A stretch of 64,000 bases of DNA from TPA_inf: Saccharomyces. Lineage: Eukaryota. Each line of letters begins with the position of its first letter. The first letter of the stretch is position 1. The stretch covers positions 288,001 to 352,000 of the forward strand of contig BK006943.2 of assembly GCA_000146045.2 (NCBI GenBank). Direction: 5' to 3'. Below the pieces are notes generated by a model. It saw only the letters and a program-made list of their open reading frames with translations. It did no database searches and had not been told where the DNA came from. Shown one piece after another: positions 1 through 10,814 of the stretch. A program made the position numbers and the translations under genes.

Positions 1-1226
1 TTTTTGGCATGGGTCAGATTCTTACTATGAGCCTTGGAAATATCTAAAGATTCAACCACATAGCTCTTTGAAGACGATCTGGCATAGGTGATAGCTTCAC
101 CAACCTTATCGCGCAAACCGACAAATGACACAAGCTCATCATCAGGAGTTGATGGGAAAGTGACAATGACATTGTATTTTTCTTTTAGTTCTTCTGCATC
201 AATCAAAAACTGGAACTTGGATGGAATCTTGACCTTTTCTTCGTCCAAATTAGAAGCTAATTTTTTCAAATAATCTTGAATAGATGTCTTCGTGGCTTTT
301 GCTTTTTCACGAGGACCCAATATGACAATATCACCCGATTTTTTATAGAATTGGACTTTGACCTCTTCATCACCCTCATCGGAGGCAAACTCGGAAACAT
401 CAATGTATGGTAGGTATTTTTCATCTTCAACGACTAATTTGATTGTGGCATTCTTGGTTTCTTCCTTAACAATGGCCAAGATTTTAGCCTTAGCCAAGTT
501 GACCGATTCAAAATCACCAAATAAAGAAACGTTACTTGTAGTATCATCCATGTCTTCATCATATGAGTTTTCATTGACTTCCTTTGAGACATTGATTTTA
601 ACTTCGTAGGCATCACTAATTTCACGAATAGTTCTACCACCTGAACCGATAATACTGGCTTTACATTTGGATGGGACCTCGATGACAGCATTGATTGGTT
701 TTGTTAATTTCTTCACTAACTCTCTCTTTGCTTCATGAACGTTAGCAGCTACACCAGAAACCAAAAAGGTACGAGCATTCTTAGAAAGAGTTGATTCAAC
801 AGAAACATCATGATTTTTCTTAACAGATTGGACAATACGAGATAATTCAGGTTTGGTGATTGACAACTGAGATTGCAGGTCCAAAGTGAAAGCCTCTTGG
901 ATGTTCTTTGAACGCATCCTCTTGGCCCCAAGGCCAGTAGTCAATGAAGGAGCAGAAGGGGAAGGTGATGGCGAGTTAGAGACAGCAGGTTTCATGTTTG
1001 GGCCCCAGCTAACCTTAACGTTCGCGAAGGCAGCATTTGAACCCAAAGAAGGAAGATCCTTCAAAGATGGCAATGGAGTTGGCTTTTTCTCCAACTGAGG
1101 ATGTTCTTCAGCGGTAGCAGCAATAGTGGAGGCAGTAGTACTTGGCGAATCAATGGTAGTTACGGTTTCAACAGATCCTTCGACAGTGGAAGGGGGAGAG
1201 TCAATAGCGGTTTGTTCTTCAGACAT
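1..1226 (-). CDS. SCP160: Scp160, multi-KH-domain RNA-binding protein. 5' part of the gene only (about the first 408 codons); the CDS runs off the left window edge.
   Basis: The reverse complement of 1200-1226 reads ATG TCT GAA GAA CAA ACC GCT ATT GAC, giving MSEEQTAID. The minus-strand frame stays open to position 1, so there is no stop in the window and it is absent from the ORF track. Plus-strand ORFs in the track here (88-273, 358-609, 886-1292) are antisense artefacts. Placement immediately upstream of PRY1 matches chromosome X gene order. Confidence 0.8.
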   Translation of the reverse strand, partial: MSEEQTAIDSPPSTVEGSVETVTTIDSPSTTASTIAATAEEHPQLEKKPTPLPSLKDLPSLGSNAAFANVKVSWGPNMKPAVSNSPSPSPSAPSLTTGLGAKRMRSKNIQEAFTLDLQSQLSITKPELSRIVQSVKKNHDVSVESTLSKNARTFLVSGVAANVHEAKRELVKKLTKPINAVIEVPSKCKASIIGSGGRTIREISDAYEVKINVSKEVNENSYDEDMDDTTSNVSLFGDFESVNLAKAKILAIVKEETKNATIKLVVEDEKYLPYIDVSEFASDEGDEEVKVQFYKKSGDIVILGPREKAKATKTSIQDYLKKLASNLDEEKVKIPSKFQFLIDAEELKEKYNVIVTFPSTPDDELVSFVGLRDKVGEAITYARSSSKSYVVESLDISKAHSKNLTHAK

Positions 1227-1587
1227 TGCAGTTATAATGGAAGGAGGGGGTGTGGGAAGTATATTTTAAGCGTGGTAACCAAAAGACAATAGACGGAAAG
1301 TTAGGAAATCAGAATGATTCACCTTAAAAATTATGCTAGATAAAAGACAGCAATTTCAAAGGAAAATAGAAAGTGCTGTTGTGTACTTAGACGTTCTTTT
1401 TCAAAGACGTTCAATTGAAAAGCTAATAGCCAATGTTTCGAAGGAAGTTCTGTACGAAATGTAAAAACTATAAATTAGTAAATATACTATCCGTTGCAAG
1501 TCTTTAAGAGCTACATTAAATTGAAATTGTCGAGTGTCGCCAACAACAATTCGCGAAAATGAGCGAAAATTTTTCAAGCCCACCGCT

Positions 1588-1612
1588 AAAAAAAAAAAAA
1601 AAAAGAAAAAAA
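1588..1612 (+). repeat. Poly(dA) tract, A17 G A7, between SCP160 and PRY1.
   Basis: Direct read of a homopolymer in the SCP160 promoter / PRY1 terminator region. Confidence 0.9.
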
Positions 1613-1874
1613 GGGACATAAATACGTATATCTCCAGAAAATGCCCAGTGGAGTGGATGAATACCTGATGGGCTATATTACTACATTATTGAAAACGTTT
1701 ACCAAAAGTTTCGTTACTGTATAAAAAAATTGGGGTATATAGGCGGGTATATATGGGTATACTTAGTGAACAAGGAACTGCTGAAGCAGAAAAATCCTCG
1801 TAAAACAATGAAGATAAAACGAACATTAAATGAAGGAATGAGAAAGAAGGATCAATGAAAACTTTTCTTGAAAG

Positions 1875-2774
1875 TTAAGCTAGGGGCTCGACATTATCGG
1901 CGTATTCGCCTTCGTAGTTTCCTGCGGGGTCGTAACTACAGATGACATAGTCACCCCATGCACCGCCACAGGTTTTGATGCCACAACCAACTTGGGTGGT
2001 GGACTTCCAAACGACTTGAGTAAAGTGGCCAGTGTTACTTGAAAAGCCTGGATTCGAGAAGTCGTAGTTGGAAATTTCATTGTACCAAGCGTCGACGGCA
2101 GCTGGGCCGTCATAACCCAAAGCCAAGTTTTCACCGTATGGACCGCCAGAATGGGTCAAAGTGCCGGAGCAATCATAGTTGTCAGCATAGTCTTGAGCGT
2201 AGGAGGCCAAAGTATCGGACCAGGACAAAGCTGGTGTGTCCTTGTGCAAAGCTCTCTTCTTGTTGTGTTCAGCCAACACAGAAGAGGCAAAATCTGACAG
2301 GTCACTATCCGAAGACGATGCTGAGCTAGTAGCAGCGGCTTGAGAAGTGGTGGTGGTAGCAGCGGGTGTGGAAGTGGTGGAAGCAGCAGCGGGTGTAGAA
2401 GTCGTAGTAGCTTGAGCCAACGATTGCGATGTAGATTCAGAAGATGTCAACGTGGTCGTTGAATCGGTAGTTTTACCCCAAACAGAGGCTAAGTTCTTCA
2501 AAGCAGACAAGACCACATCGGAATTGCTGGAAGCAGAGGAAGGAGCGACAGGGGGAGCAACCAAAGCTGTAGCTGTAGAAGTTGGAGTGGCAGTGGAAGC
2601 AGGAGCTAGTGTTTCGTAAGTTGTACGTGTTTGGCCGTTTTCGACATAAACTACGCCTTGCACAGTAACGACTGCAGCCTCATGGGCGTGTTCAGTGACA
2701 GTAACAACGGCAGGAGCGGCCAATGCAGACGTGGCTAAGGCGGAGGTTAAGATCGATAATTTAGAAAGTTTCAT
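1875..2774 (-). CDS. PRY1: Pry1, secreted CAP/SCP/PR-1 family sterol-binding protein (299 aa). Signal peptide, Ser/Thr/Ala-rich linker, C-terminal CAP domain.
   Basis: A 299-aa ORF. The N-terminus MKLSKLSILTSALATSALAAP is signal-peptide-like. The C-terminal CAP domain carries the hallmark HNKKRALH...GHFTQVVWKST...GCG...YVICSY motifs. It lies in tandem with PRY3. Confidence 0.9.
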   Translation of the reverse strand: MKLSKLSILTSALATSALAAPAVVTVTEHAHEAAVVTVQGVVYVENGQTRTTYETLAPASTATPTSTATALVAPPVAPSSASSNSDVVLSALKNLASVWGKTTDSTTTLTSSESTSQSLAQATTTSTPAAASTTSTPAATTTTSQAAATSSASSSDSDLSDFASSVLAEHNKKRALHKDTPALSWSDTLASYAQDYADNYDCSGTLTHSGGPYGENLALGYDGPAAVDAWYNEISNYDFSNPGFSSNTGHFTQVVWKSTTQVGCGIKTCGGAWGDYVICSYDPAGNYEGEYADNVEPLA

Positions 2775-3335
2775 GATTTATCAATTACGGGATATTAAAA
2801 ACGAAGAAAAAGTAATATCAAAGAGCGGAAGAGTGTGGCGGCCTATAAAAAAAGAATGAATTGAAATAGCTTACGACGTAGCGATAGACCTAACGGTAGC
2901 AACTAGGATTGAAAAGAGAGCGCGATTGAAGATTCCTTGCTTGTTTTCAGAATAGAAAAATAGAGAATACGAAAAGAATAAATAATACAATTTCGGGTTC
3001 GTTAACAGAGGTGGGTTTATATATGGTATGGGTAAAATAGAGAAGTTAGAAATTATATAGTTCTAAAGAAGTAGAGAGTCAATAGCTGCAGGAAGCACAC
3101 GAGTGCTACAGTTGTTAACACGCAATAAACGGGTCCCTCTATCTAAAGCGACACAGGTAATGGGTATGCGATCCCTCCCCTTCGAGCAGACAGGCAATTT
3201 TTATCCACATCGGGAAATGACTCTGTGCGTACATATTACCTCTTTAGGAATAATAATTACTGTGATTGGCGCACGGGTGTGGAGGTGTCGCTCGTTTAGG
3301 AAAAAAAATGCATAGTTGGGTGTTGTTCGAGGAGT

Positions 3336-5981
3336 CTAGAAGGCGAACAGAACAGCTACGACAAAAGCGGCAATCGTTCCAGCTAGACTATTGCACTGGA
3401 AAATGGAAAGAGGTGTTGCAGCACCTTCGTATGCAGAAAGTTTTGCGGTGGTTGATGTGCCTTCTTTTAGTTGAGTGTAGATCGAGGAAGTTGGCTGATG
3501 CATGGCAGACCCGTCTTGTTGGCTGGTAGTTGAACGACCGTTGCTACCAGTAGTTGTTCTTGCACCTAGGCTTGTGCTGGAGGGCTTGGCATACAGTGTA
3601 GCAACAGTCTGTTGGTAGGTTGTTGTTGTGGAAGAGGTGCCTTCGTTTGAGGTGGATTTGACAGAAGTGGGCTCGTTTGGCTTTTCAGATGTGGCGAAAT
3701 CGCTAGCGAGAGAAGATGTTTCTCCGGGGTTAATGATAGTTGCGGCGTTGACTTCAGTGTAGATACTAGAAAAGGCAGTGTCATCATTTTCTAGACAAGT
3801 GGTTGTAGTTGAAGGGAAAGAAGAAGCTGGAACCACCGTGTTGGTTTTCATAGGCGATGTGGTTAGCTCACTGGTTTGGGTTGAGGCGCCGTTCAAAGTG
3901 CTACAAGATGTCGAGATTGTTCTAGTGAAGGCCGTCTCATCTGTAGAAGAAGCAGCGGAGGTAGGGAAATTACTATCCGTACTACAAGAAGCTGTGATGG
4001 TGTTTGTGATCAGATTGCTTTCAGTGGTGGTGGCAGTGGAGATGGCGAAGCTAGGACTATCGGAATAATCGCTCTCGGAAGTGCAGGTAGAGACTAACTG
4101 TGTGGTGTTGCTTGAGACACTAATACTGGTGGTTGTGCGTAAGCTATCTAAAGATGCGCCTGTGGAAGAAGATCCATATGTAGAGGTGTGTTTAGCATTG
4201 TCGGTTGGACTAGCTGAGTTGTCGGTAGGGTCCAATGTGGGATCTATGGTTACTGCGGTAGCTGCCCTTGTGGAGTTGTTAGCAGTAGTGGCCAAGGTTG
4301 TAGTACTCTTAGTAATGGCTGTGATGGTTGTGGTACTCGAATTTTCTAAAGTTGTGGTCTTCACGATACTAGAGCAATTTGTAGCAGGCACAGATGTGGC
4401 AAGCGCAGAGGATTGCTCGGATGTAATGGCGTATTCGGCAGCGTATGTTACACCGTGTCCTGACACAGAAGCACTGTTGGAGTAAATGCTACTCGATGTG
4501 GCGGCACTGTTACTAATATTCTTCTCTGTTGAACTTGAAGCCTGAGCAGTTTCCGAAGTGATACTTTCTGAGGCGGTTACTGAAGTGGTGGCGGTGTCCT
4601 TTGTGGTATGGGCTGTGCTACTAACTGAGGTTACAGATACGTCGGTGTTGACGGCTATAACGGAATTCAGAACAGATTGCGACACAGCTGAGGAAGAGAC
4701 GGCCCCGGAAGAACTTCTGGAAGATGACCCAAGTCTCGTTGCATATTGGGCAGCATTAGTTGCACTAGTTACTATACTAGTATGTTCGGAAACTGAGCTT
4801 GTGGCCTCCTTGGAAGTGCTACCCTGAATATCGTCAGCAGCTACAGATGATGATAATGAGGCGCTTACAGAAGAGGTTGTTTGAGCAGAAAACACAGTTG
4901 TGTTTGCAAACTTAACAGAATTAACTGAATTGGAAGTTACACTTCTGGAGCTTGCGGTGGAAGTAGTAAGAGTACTACTCAAAGGAGCAGAAACCATTGA
5001 TGAAGAGCTCGAGATGGCGCTGCTAGAAGAAGCGGCGTTCTCGGTACTCGCGCTGGAGGAAGCGGCAGCGGAACTTGAGGCAGGATCAGAAGAAGAAGCA
5101 GCAGCAGTGCTCGAGGTAGGGTCGGAAGAAGTGGTACTGGACGATGTAGCAACCGATGAGGTGGTGGTAGTGGATGAAGTAGCATCACTAGAGACGACGG
5201 TACTCGAGGAGGTAGCATAGGAAGTAGTGACAGAAGAGCTTGAGGCTGATGAGACAGTGGAGGATCCAACTGATTCTGTGCTACTAGTAATTACGGTAGA
5301 AGAGGACGCAGTGAGGGTAGCGGTCTTGGCAGGGTTTATGGTCGTCGATTTTAAAGAACTGCTGCTAGCCGCAGACGATACCGTTGTTGTATACCCTTGC
5401 GCTACAGCGGGCATAATACTGGATGAGATGGTGGAGACTGTGTCTGATGTAGTTGAGGTAGAAGAGGACGAGGATGAGGACGAGGAAACAGTGCTTATAA
5501 GTGGTTCCACTTCCTCTGCAAACTCACCCAGGTAGTTTCCAGGAGGGTTGTAGGAGCACACAATATAATTGTTCCATGTCGTACCACAATATTTATAACC
5601 ACATCCAATCTCGGCGGTTGACTTCCAAACCACCTGTGTGAAGTGACCCGTGGATTCAGAAAATCCGGGATTTGAATAATTATACTTGCTTATCTCCCCG
5701 TACCAGGCGTCCACCGCTCCCGTGTCTGTGTAACCAAGGGCAAGGTTCTCACCATATGGGCCATCGGAATGCGTTAAGACACCCGAACAATCATATTGGT
5801 CGGCGTAGTTCTGCGCATAGGTGGCCAGAGTGTCGGACCAGGTGAGCGGCGCTGTGTCAACATGTAGCGCTCTGAACTTGTTATGCTCGTTCAGCACATC
5901 GCTCTCGAAGTTTGGAAACGTGGTTTGTGCCTTGACGGCTACTAGGCATCCTAGCAGAACTGATATTGGAAACTCCAGCAT
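3336..5981 (-). CDS. PRY3: Pry3, cell-wall CAP-family protein (881 aa). N-terminal signal peptide and CAP domain, long Ser/Thr-rich region, hydrophobic C-terminus consistent with a GPI signal.
   Basis: An 881-aa ORF. The N-terminal CAP motifs (HNKFRALH, GHFTQVVWKST, GCGYKYC, YIVCSY) are paralogous to PRY1. About 700 aa of S/T/A low complexity follows. The C-terminal tail ...SLAGTIAAFVVAVLFAF is hydrophobic. Confidence 0.9.
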   Translation of the reverse strand: MLEFPISVLLGCLVAVKAQTTFPNFESDVLNEHNKFRALHVDTAPLTWSDTLATYAQNYADQYDCSGVLTHSDGPYGENLALGYTDTGAVDAWYGEISKYNYSNPGFSESTGHFTQVVWKSTAEIGCGYKYCGTTWNNYIVCSYNPPGNYLGEFAEEVEPLISTVSSSSSSSSSTSTTSDTVSTISSSIMPAVAQGYTTTVSSAASSSSLKSTTINPAKTATLTASSSTVITSSTESVGSSTVSSASSSSVTTSYATSSSTVVSSDATSSTTTTSSVATSSSTTSSDPTSSTAAASSSDPASSSAAASSSASTENAASSSSAISSSSSMVSAPLSSTLTTSTASSRSVTSNSVNSVKFANTTVFSAQTTSSVSASLSSSVAADDIQGSTSKEATSSVSEHTSIVTSATNAAQYATRLGSSSRSSSGAVSSSAVSQSVLNSVIAVNTDVSVTSVSSTAHTTKDTATTSVTASESITSETAQASSSTEKNISNSAATSSSIYSNSASVSGHGVTYAAEYAITSEQSSALATSVPATNCSSIVKTTTLENSSTTTITAITKSTTTLATTANNSTRAATAVTIDPTLDPTDNSASPTDNAKHTSTYGSSSTGASLDSLRTTTSISVSSNTTQLVSTCTSESDYSDSPSFAISTATTTESNLITNTITASCSTDSNFPTSAASSTDETAFTRTISTSCSTLNGASTQTSELTTSPMKTNTVVPASSFPSTTTTCLENDDTAFSSIYTEVNAATIINPGETSSLASDFATSEKPNEPTSVKSTSNEGTSSTTTTYQQTVATLYAKPSSTSLGARTTTGSNGRSTTSQQDGSAMHQPTSSIYTQLKEGTSTTAKLSAYEGAATPLSIFQCNSLAGTIAAFVVAVLFAF
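4950..5230 (-). repeat. Imperfect intragenic tandem repeats inside PRY3 encoding SSS(D)P(A/T)SS(T/S)AAASS-type units.
   Basis: DNA-level near-repeats occur such as GGATCAGAAGAAGAAGCAGCAGCAGTGCTCGAGG and GGTCGGAAGAAGTGGTACTGGACGATGTAGCAACCGATGAGG. The encoded protein shows SSTTSSDPTSSTAAASSSDPASSSAAASSSAST. Confidence 0.6.
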
Positions 5982-6665
5982 AAGCGTTTTCGTTTTAAGT
6001 TGTTTTAAGTTGTTTGGAGTTGCAGGGGTGCAGCAATTATAATTTTATGCCGATATTGGTTTGGCAACTACCGAAAAGCAAGAAGCTAAAAACTTTGAAG
6101 TATAGAATATGTTTTAGAGAATTCTTCGACCGAGTTGAAACATGAGAACTGTTTCATCGGCCCTATATAGCAATTACATCCTTCCGTTGCTGGGTCCCTG
6201 CCTAGATACCATATTTGTTGTTGAATTAACCGCGGGAACCCGCAATATACGAAAGACGAACACAAGAGAGCAAGCACACACAGCTAGTGCGTAGCGTTGC
6301 TAGCTATATTGCCATGGTACCTACCTTTCACCTCCTTGTTAAATCCATAAGTGGACGGTTTTCCTAAACCAGTATTTATCAGTTCTCGAGCACGCAGAGA
6401 AAAGTAAACGAAGCGACCTGCATTGCGGTAACTATAAACACCCAGCCGCCTCCAGCAGAACCAGCCATGTGCGAAGAAAAACAATTTTTCGGCCAAACTT
6501 ACCAACAATAGCGACGCGTTCCTCACATCGTTGGGTTTTTTTCGCCTCTCTTCAAGTTTCCTATACCCGAGCTTAACACAACACAACGGACCCTCTTAAT
6601 TAGAGGTATCCTCCGTTCTTTTCTTCCGCTTTCCTAATCGAGATACCAGAGCACGGAACAGGACC

Positions 6666-7061
6666 CTAGTGCATCGGAGAGGAGATCCGTGGCACGCTCA
6701 CTGCGCCTTTCACTATCACCGATTTCGTAATTCGAACAGGAGTATTTCGCTGCAGGGGAATTACTGTTTGTAGACGAGGGAAAGCAATTATCAGATACAT
6801 GCCAGGGATAGCGTTCAAGGGGAAAGACATGGTTAAGGCAATACAGTTTTTAGAAATAGTCGTTCCTTGCCACTGTACGACCTGAACTTTACTCAACGAA
6901 AAAAAAATTGGAAAAAAAATAGTGCATAACGTTGCTATTAACAGATGTAGTACTGATATGTCCCTGATTGGTGAAGAGTCAGAATGATATAAGCCTATTT
7001 GATATGTACGTGTACGTATTCGAAAATAAGATTTGTTTCTCGTAGGGAGCGATATGTGCAT
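6666..7061 (-). CDS. ICS3: Small protein of unknown function (131 aa), taken from the internal Met MHISLPTRNK... of the 152-aa track ORF.
   Basis: The track ORF 6666..7124 (-) occupies the position of ICS3, between PRY3 and NET1 in chromosome X order. The trimmed length is 131 codons plus stop. I see no domain signal, so the call rests on position and length only. Confidence 0.45.
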   Translation of the reverse strand: MHISLPTRNKSYFRIRTRTYQIGLYHSDSSPIRDISVLHLLIATLCTIFFPIFFSLSKVQVVQWQGTTISKNCIALTMSFPLNAIPGMYLIIAFPRLQTVIPLQRNTPVRITKSVIVKGAVSVPRISSPMH

Positions 7062-7244
7062 TATGTTACCCGTTCCACATGTTTTGAACTTTTTTTCTTT
7101 TTCATGGTAAGCGTCAATAATCAATTTGAATAACTAGTGAAGAGTAGCTAGCACGATGAAATAAGTGCCGGAGCTGATCGAATCCCTAGTCTCGGTTCGC
7201 CTGAAACAGAGAGAAGTCGATTACTGTACACCGTGCCTCCTTCT

Positions 7245-10200
7245 ATGTACAAGCTACAAGTGGTCTTGGTGCCTCCGAGTCTTCAGGCGACGATGCCAAT
7301 ACAGTTTGGCTACGGACCAACCATCGCCGAATCTTCTCAATTGTTGCCAAACAGAACTAATATGGCGCAAAGCGCCGGAGATGCCTCTTTGCAGTATGCT
7401 AATCTGAGATCTGCCAATGTGAGTTTCACGCCAAGCTATTTCAACCAGTCTAGGTTTAGGAAGTTTCTTTTGTTTACCAAGCCGACAAACACGCTGTTGA
7501 ACTTGAGTGATGAAATCATCGATAAGTGTGAAAAAATGTACCCGAGTTTGCAAGAAGACATTGAAATTTTGAGTTTGCAAGATAACAGCGGTTGTGACCT
7601 TGATCCGGATTTTTTGGTAAAGGACGTTTTCAATGTAAATAATATCGTAAGAGTTATATTGAAGAATGAGATAGATCTGGACGATTCCGCACCAGTGTCA
7701 CTTTATAAGTCGGTAAAACGATCCAAGTTGAACAACGGGTCGCCCCAGTCGGTGCAGCCGCAACAACAAATCCCGTCCTCTTCAGGTGTTCTTCGGATTG
7801 CCAAGAAGAGGCCACCTACAGGAACCACGACAACAACAACCATTCGTAGTGCCACTAATGGATCCATGAGGGTTTCTACCCCATTGGCTAGGCAAATTTA
7901 TCCTCCACCTTCTTCGAAGATCGTCTCCAACAACTCAGATGACGAAGACGAAGACATTGGTGAAAGATCCTTTTTGCCGCCTCCAACGCAGCCTCAGTCA
8001 CCTCCCATAAGAATTAGTTCGGGCATTGACGCAGGTAAAAAAATAAAATCAAGCATCGTCGAGGAAGATATCGTGTCCAGATCAGCAACCGTGGATCCAG
8101 ATAAAACAAAGCAGCAACGTCTATTGTCCGGAACTCCTATAATGTCCACCATGACTCCAAACAGAGTTACTCTTACCGGTCAGAGAGTGGTTTCTGAACA
8201 CGCACATAAAAACGAATTGGTTTTCTCTGCTTCAGCTTCTTCCTCTTCATTTGCTAATGGTGGCACAGCTGCTGTCACTGCTCAGGACATTAATAGGAAA
8301 CCACCCGTAACCACTCCAAGAATAACATCAGGAATGTTGAAAATCCCCGAGCCAAGAATCTCAGAGATTGAAAAAGAGTTAAAAGAGGGACCTTCCAGTC
8401 CGGCCTCCATTTTACCCGCTAAAGCTGCAAAGATTCCAATGAAAAAACCTTACTTGGAAAATGGCGAGAACTACGAATCCGACGATAGCTCAAGTAGCGA
8501 AAACCAAGAAACTCCTGAAACAGAACCACATTCAAAGGCTTCCTTGCAACGTAGTCAAAGCTCCATCGCAGATAATAATGGCTCTCCGGTGAAAAATAGT
8601 CCTCTCGGTGATGCCATGCCACACAATGTGCATTTAGCAGAACTTCCCAAGGCAAGCAATACCTCGATCACCAAATCTTCAAATGGCGAATCCTGGGGAA
8701 AGCAACAAGAACATCAACCACCAAGAAAGAGTTCACTGGAAACTATAGTGGAAAAGAAATCTCAGGCGGAACCTTCCGGTATTGTGGAACCGAAAAGAAT
8801 GACTAATTTCCTAGATGATAATCAGGTAAGAGAAAAAGAAGATACGAATGATAAACTTTTAGAAAAGGAAATTTTGCCGACAATTCCACATAATGATCAG
8901 CCAATACTTGCATCATCTGATAAGTCTAATGGGACGTTGAAATCACTAGCTGGGAAAGTTAGTTCAAACAACAACGCTTCAAAGGAAGATGGCACTATCA
9001 TTAACGGCACCATTGAGGACGATGGCAATGATAATGATGAAGTTGATACTACGGTTCGTATTGTTCCTCAAGATTCAGATTCCTCTAGTTTCCCAAAGTC
9101 AGATCTTTTCAAAATGATCGAAGGTGATGATACAGATCTACCGCAATGGTTTAAGGGCAAAAATTCGAGAACTTCCGGTAATTCCAAAAATTCAAAGCCT
9201 TACACAACGGTTTTGAATAAAGACATAGACAATTCTAAGCCAGATCCAAGAAATATTTTGCCCCAGCGAACCCCAAGAAGTGCGGCTAAGAGGGCTGCCC
9301 AATTATTGGCAGGTGCCAAGAAAAACGAAGTCCCACAGAAAAGTACTGAAGATTCTAGTTCGGCAGCGTCCACAGACGATGAGTCAGAGAGTGGGATTGA
9401 AACAGATTTCTCATCAGACGATGATTTTAAAAGGAAAAATATGTCGGTGCCTAATAATGGGCCCAAAGACATTTCTTTACATTCTTTGAAAGGCAGTGTT
9501 GTTCCAGTGAAAGACTCAAAGATAATCAATAAAGAAGTTGATGAAGAAAGAAACGACAAAAGAGATAGTCAAAAAAAGTCAGCCGTGAGTGAATCTTCAG
9601 TAACAAATAGCAAAATAAGTGAACAAATGGCGAAAAGCTTTTATCCGAATTCAAACAAGAAGCAAAATGAAGCTACAAAGGTGGAAACTAAGCCAGCAAC
9701 ACAAGCATCGTCTTTTCCTGTTGTTGGTGGGTCTCCTTCTGTTGCTACTAAAGGAACTACCTCTTTCAATGAAGAAGGAAATCGTAAAAATGTTAAAACG
9801 AAGGCCAAGAATGAGTCTGCGCAGATTGATAGGCAGCAGAAGGAAACAACTTCTAGGGTTGCAGATTTGAAAAGCGCAAACATAGGAGGTGAAGACTTGA
9901 ACAAGAAAGCAGAGGGGTCCAAGGAACCAGAAAAAGCATCTGCCAATATACAGGATGCTAACGATAAAAATAACTCGAAGGAAAAAGAAGACTCCAAAAG
10001 CAAACAGGTATCTCAGAAAAAGTTAAAAATGACAGATCACTTAAAAGAAGGCAATGTTCAGCTTCCTAAGCCCAGTGCAAATGATAAATTGAAGGATTTG
10101 AAGGCTAAATTTACTAATAGTAAAACACTCGTGCCACCTGGAATAATTTCTAATGAAAAAAATAATTCTAGTGCAAACGATGATGATTCTAGCTCCTCAG

Positions 10201-10814
10201 GTTCTTCCACAGAAGACGAGTCTAGTTCATCTTCCTCGTCTTCTGATGAGGAAACTTCAACATCCAGGAAGGCTAGAAGAGTTGTTGTAAATACACCAAG
10301 AGAACCAGTTAGATCTTCATCTAAGATTGAAGCCCCCTCTCCATCTGTTAACAAAAAAATCAATGCCACCCCTGATAAAATTCCAGTTACACAGCTAATG
10401 GACATGTCGTCTCCTCCGTCAGTTAAATCCAAGACCACCTCAAATCCGTCTAGTATACTTCATGACCTTCCAAGAAAAGTTCGTCCTTCTTTGAGTTCAT
10501 TATCTGATCTTGTTTCAAGAGGCATCCCAGATGTAAAGGAAAAAACTTCTAAATCGAATGAGAAGTCACAAACAAAAGCCCCTTCAAGTAGTGATGATGA
10601 ATCTAGCTCTGATTCTGACTCTAACTCCAGTTCGGACTCCGTATCGGATTCCAGTTCAGATTCTAAATCTGAGTCAGATTCTGATGACTCAGGGGATTCA
10701 TCTGATGATGGAAAAAGTTTTATTAGTGCGAAATCCGCTAGTGCTGCTTTAGGTAAGAAGAAGAAGCCAAGTGGTGGATTTGCATCATTAATAAAAGATT
10801 TCAAGAAAAAATGA
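7245..10814 (+). CDS. NET1: Net1, nucleolar RENT-complex scaffold that anchors Cdc14 and Sir2 (1189 aa).
   Basis: The track ORF is 1193 aa from 7233. The second Met ([14 protein letters not shown]...) gives 1189 aa. The sequence is serine-rich and low-complexity with an acidic poly-Ser/Asp C-terminus. Position between ICS3 and SMC3 fits. Confidence 0.85.

Noticed and set aside
3566-5535. A series of plus-strand ORFs of 89-134 aa (3778-4068, 4081-4485, 4558-4827, 4900-5220, 5227-5535), the minus out-of-frame 4979-5269 (poly-Pro/Leu) and 3566..3787 (-).
   Set aside because: All lie inside or antisense to the PRY3 low-complexity Ser/Thr-coding region, where GC-rich repeats suppress stops in several frames. 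The translations are V/L/E-rich nonsense.
6284-6586. A 100-aa minus ORF between PRY3 and ICS3.
   Set aside because: No recognisable features. It lies in PRY3 promoter DNA, and small annotated ORFs in this interval (YJL077W-A/B) are on the other strand and far shorter.
7165-7633. ORFs 7165-7407 (+), 7254-7580 (-) and 7436-7633 (-), and the 12-nt upstream extension of NET1 (start 7233).
   Set aside because: They overlap the NET1 start region. The NET1 N-terminus MYKLQVVLV... from 7245 gives the expected 1189-aa length. The others are out-of-frame or antisense artefacts.
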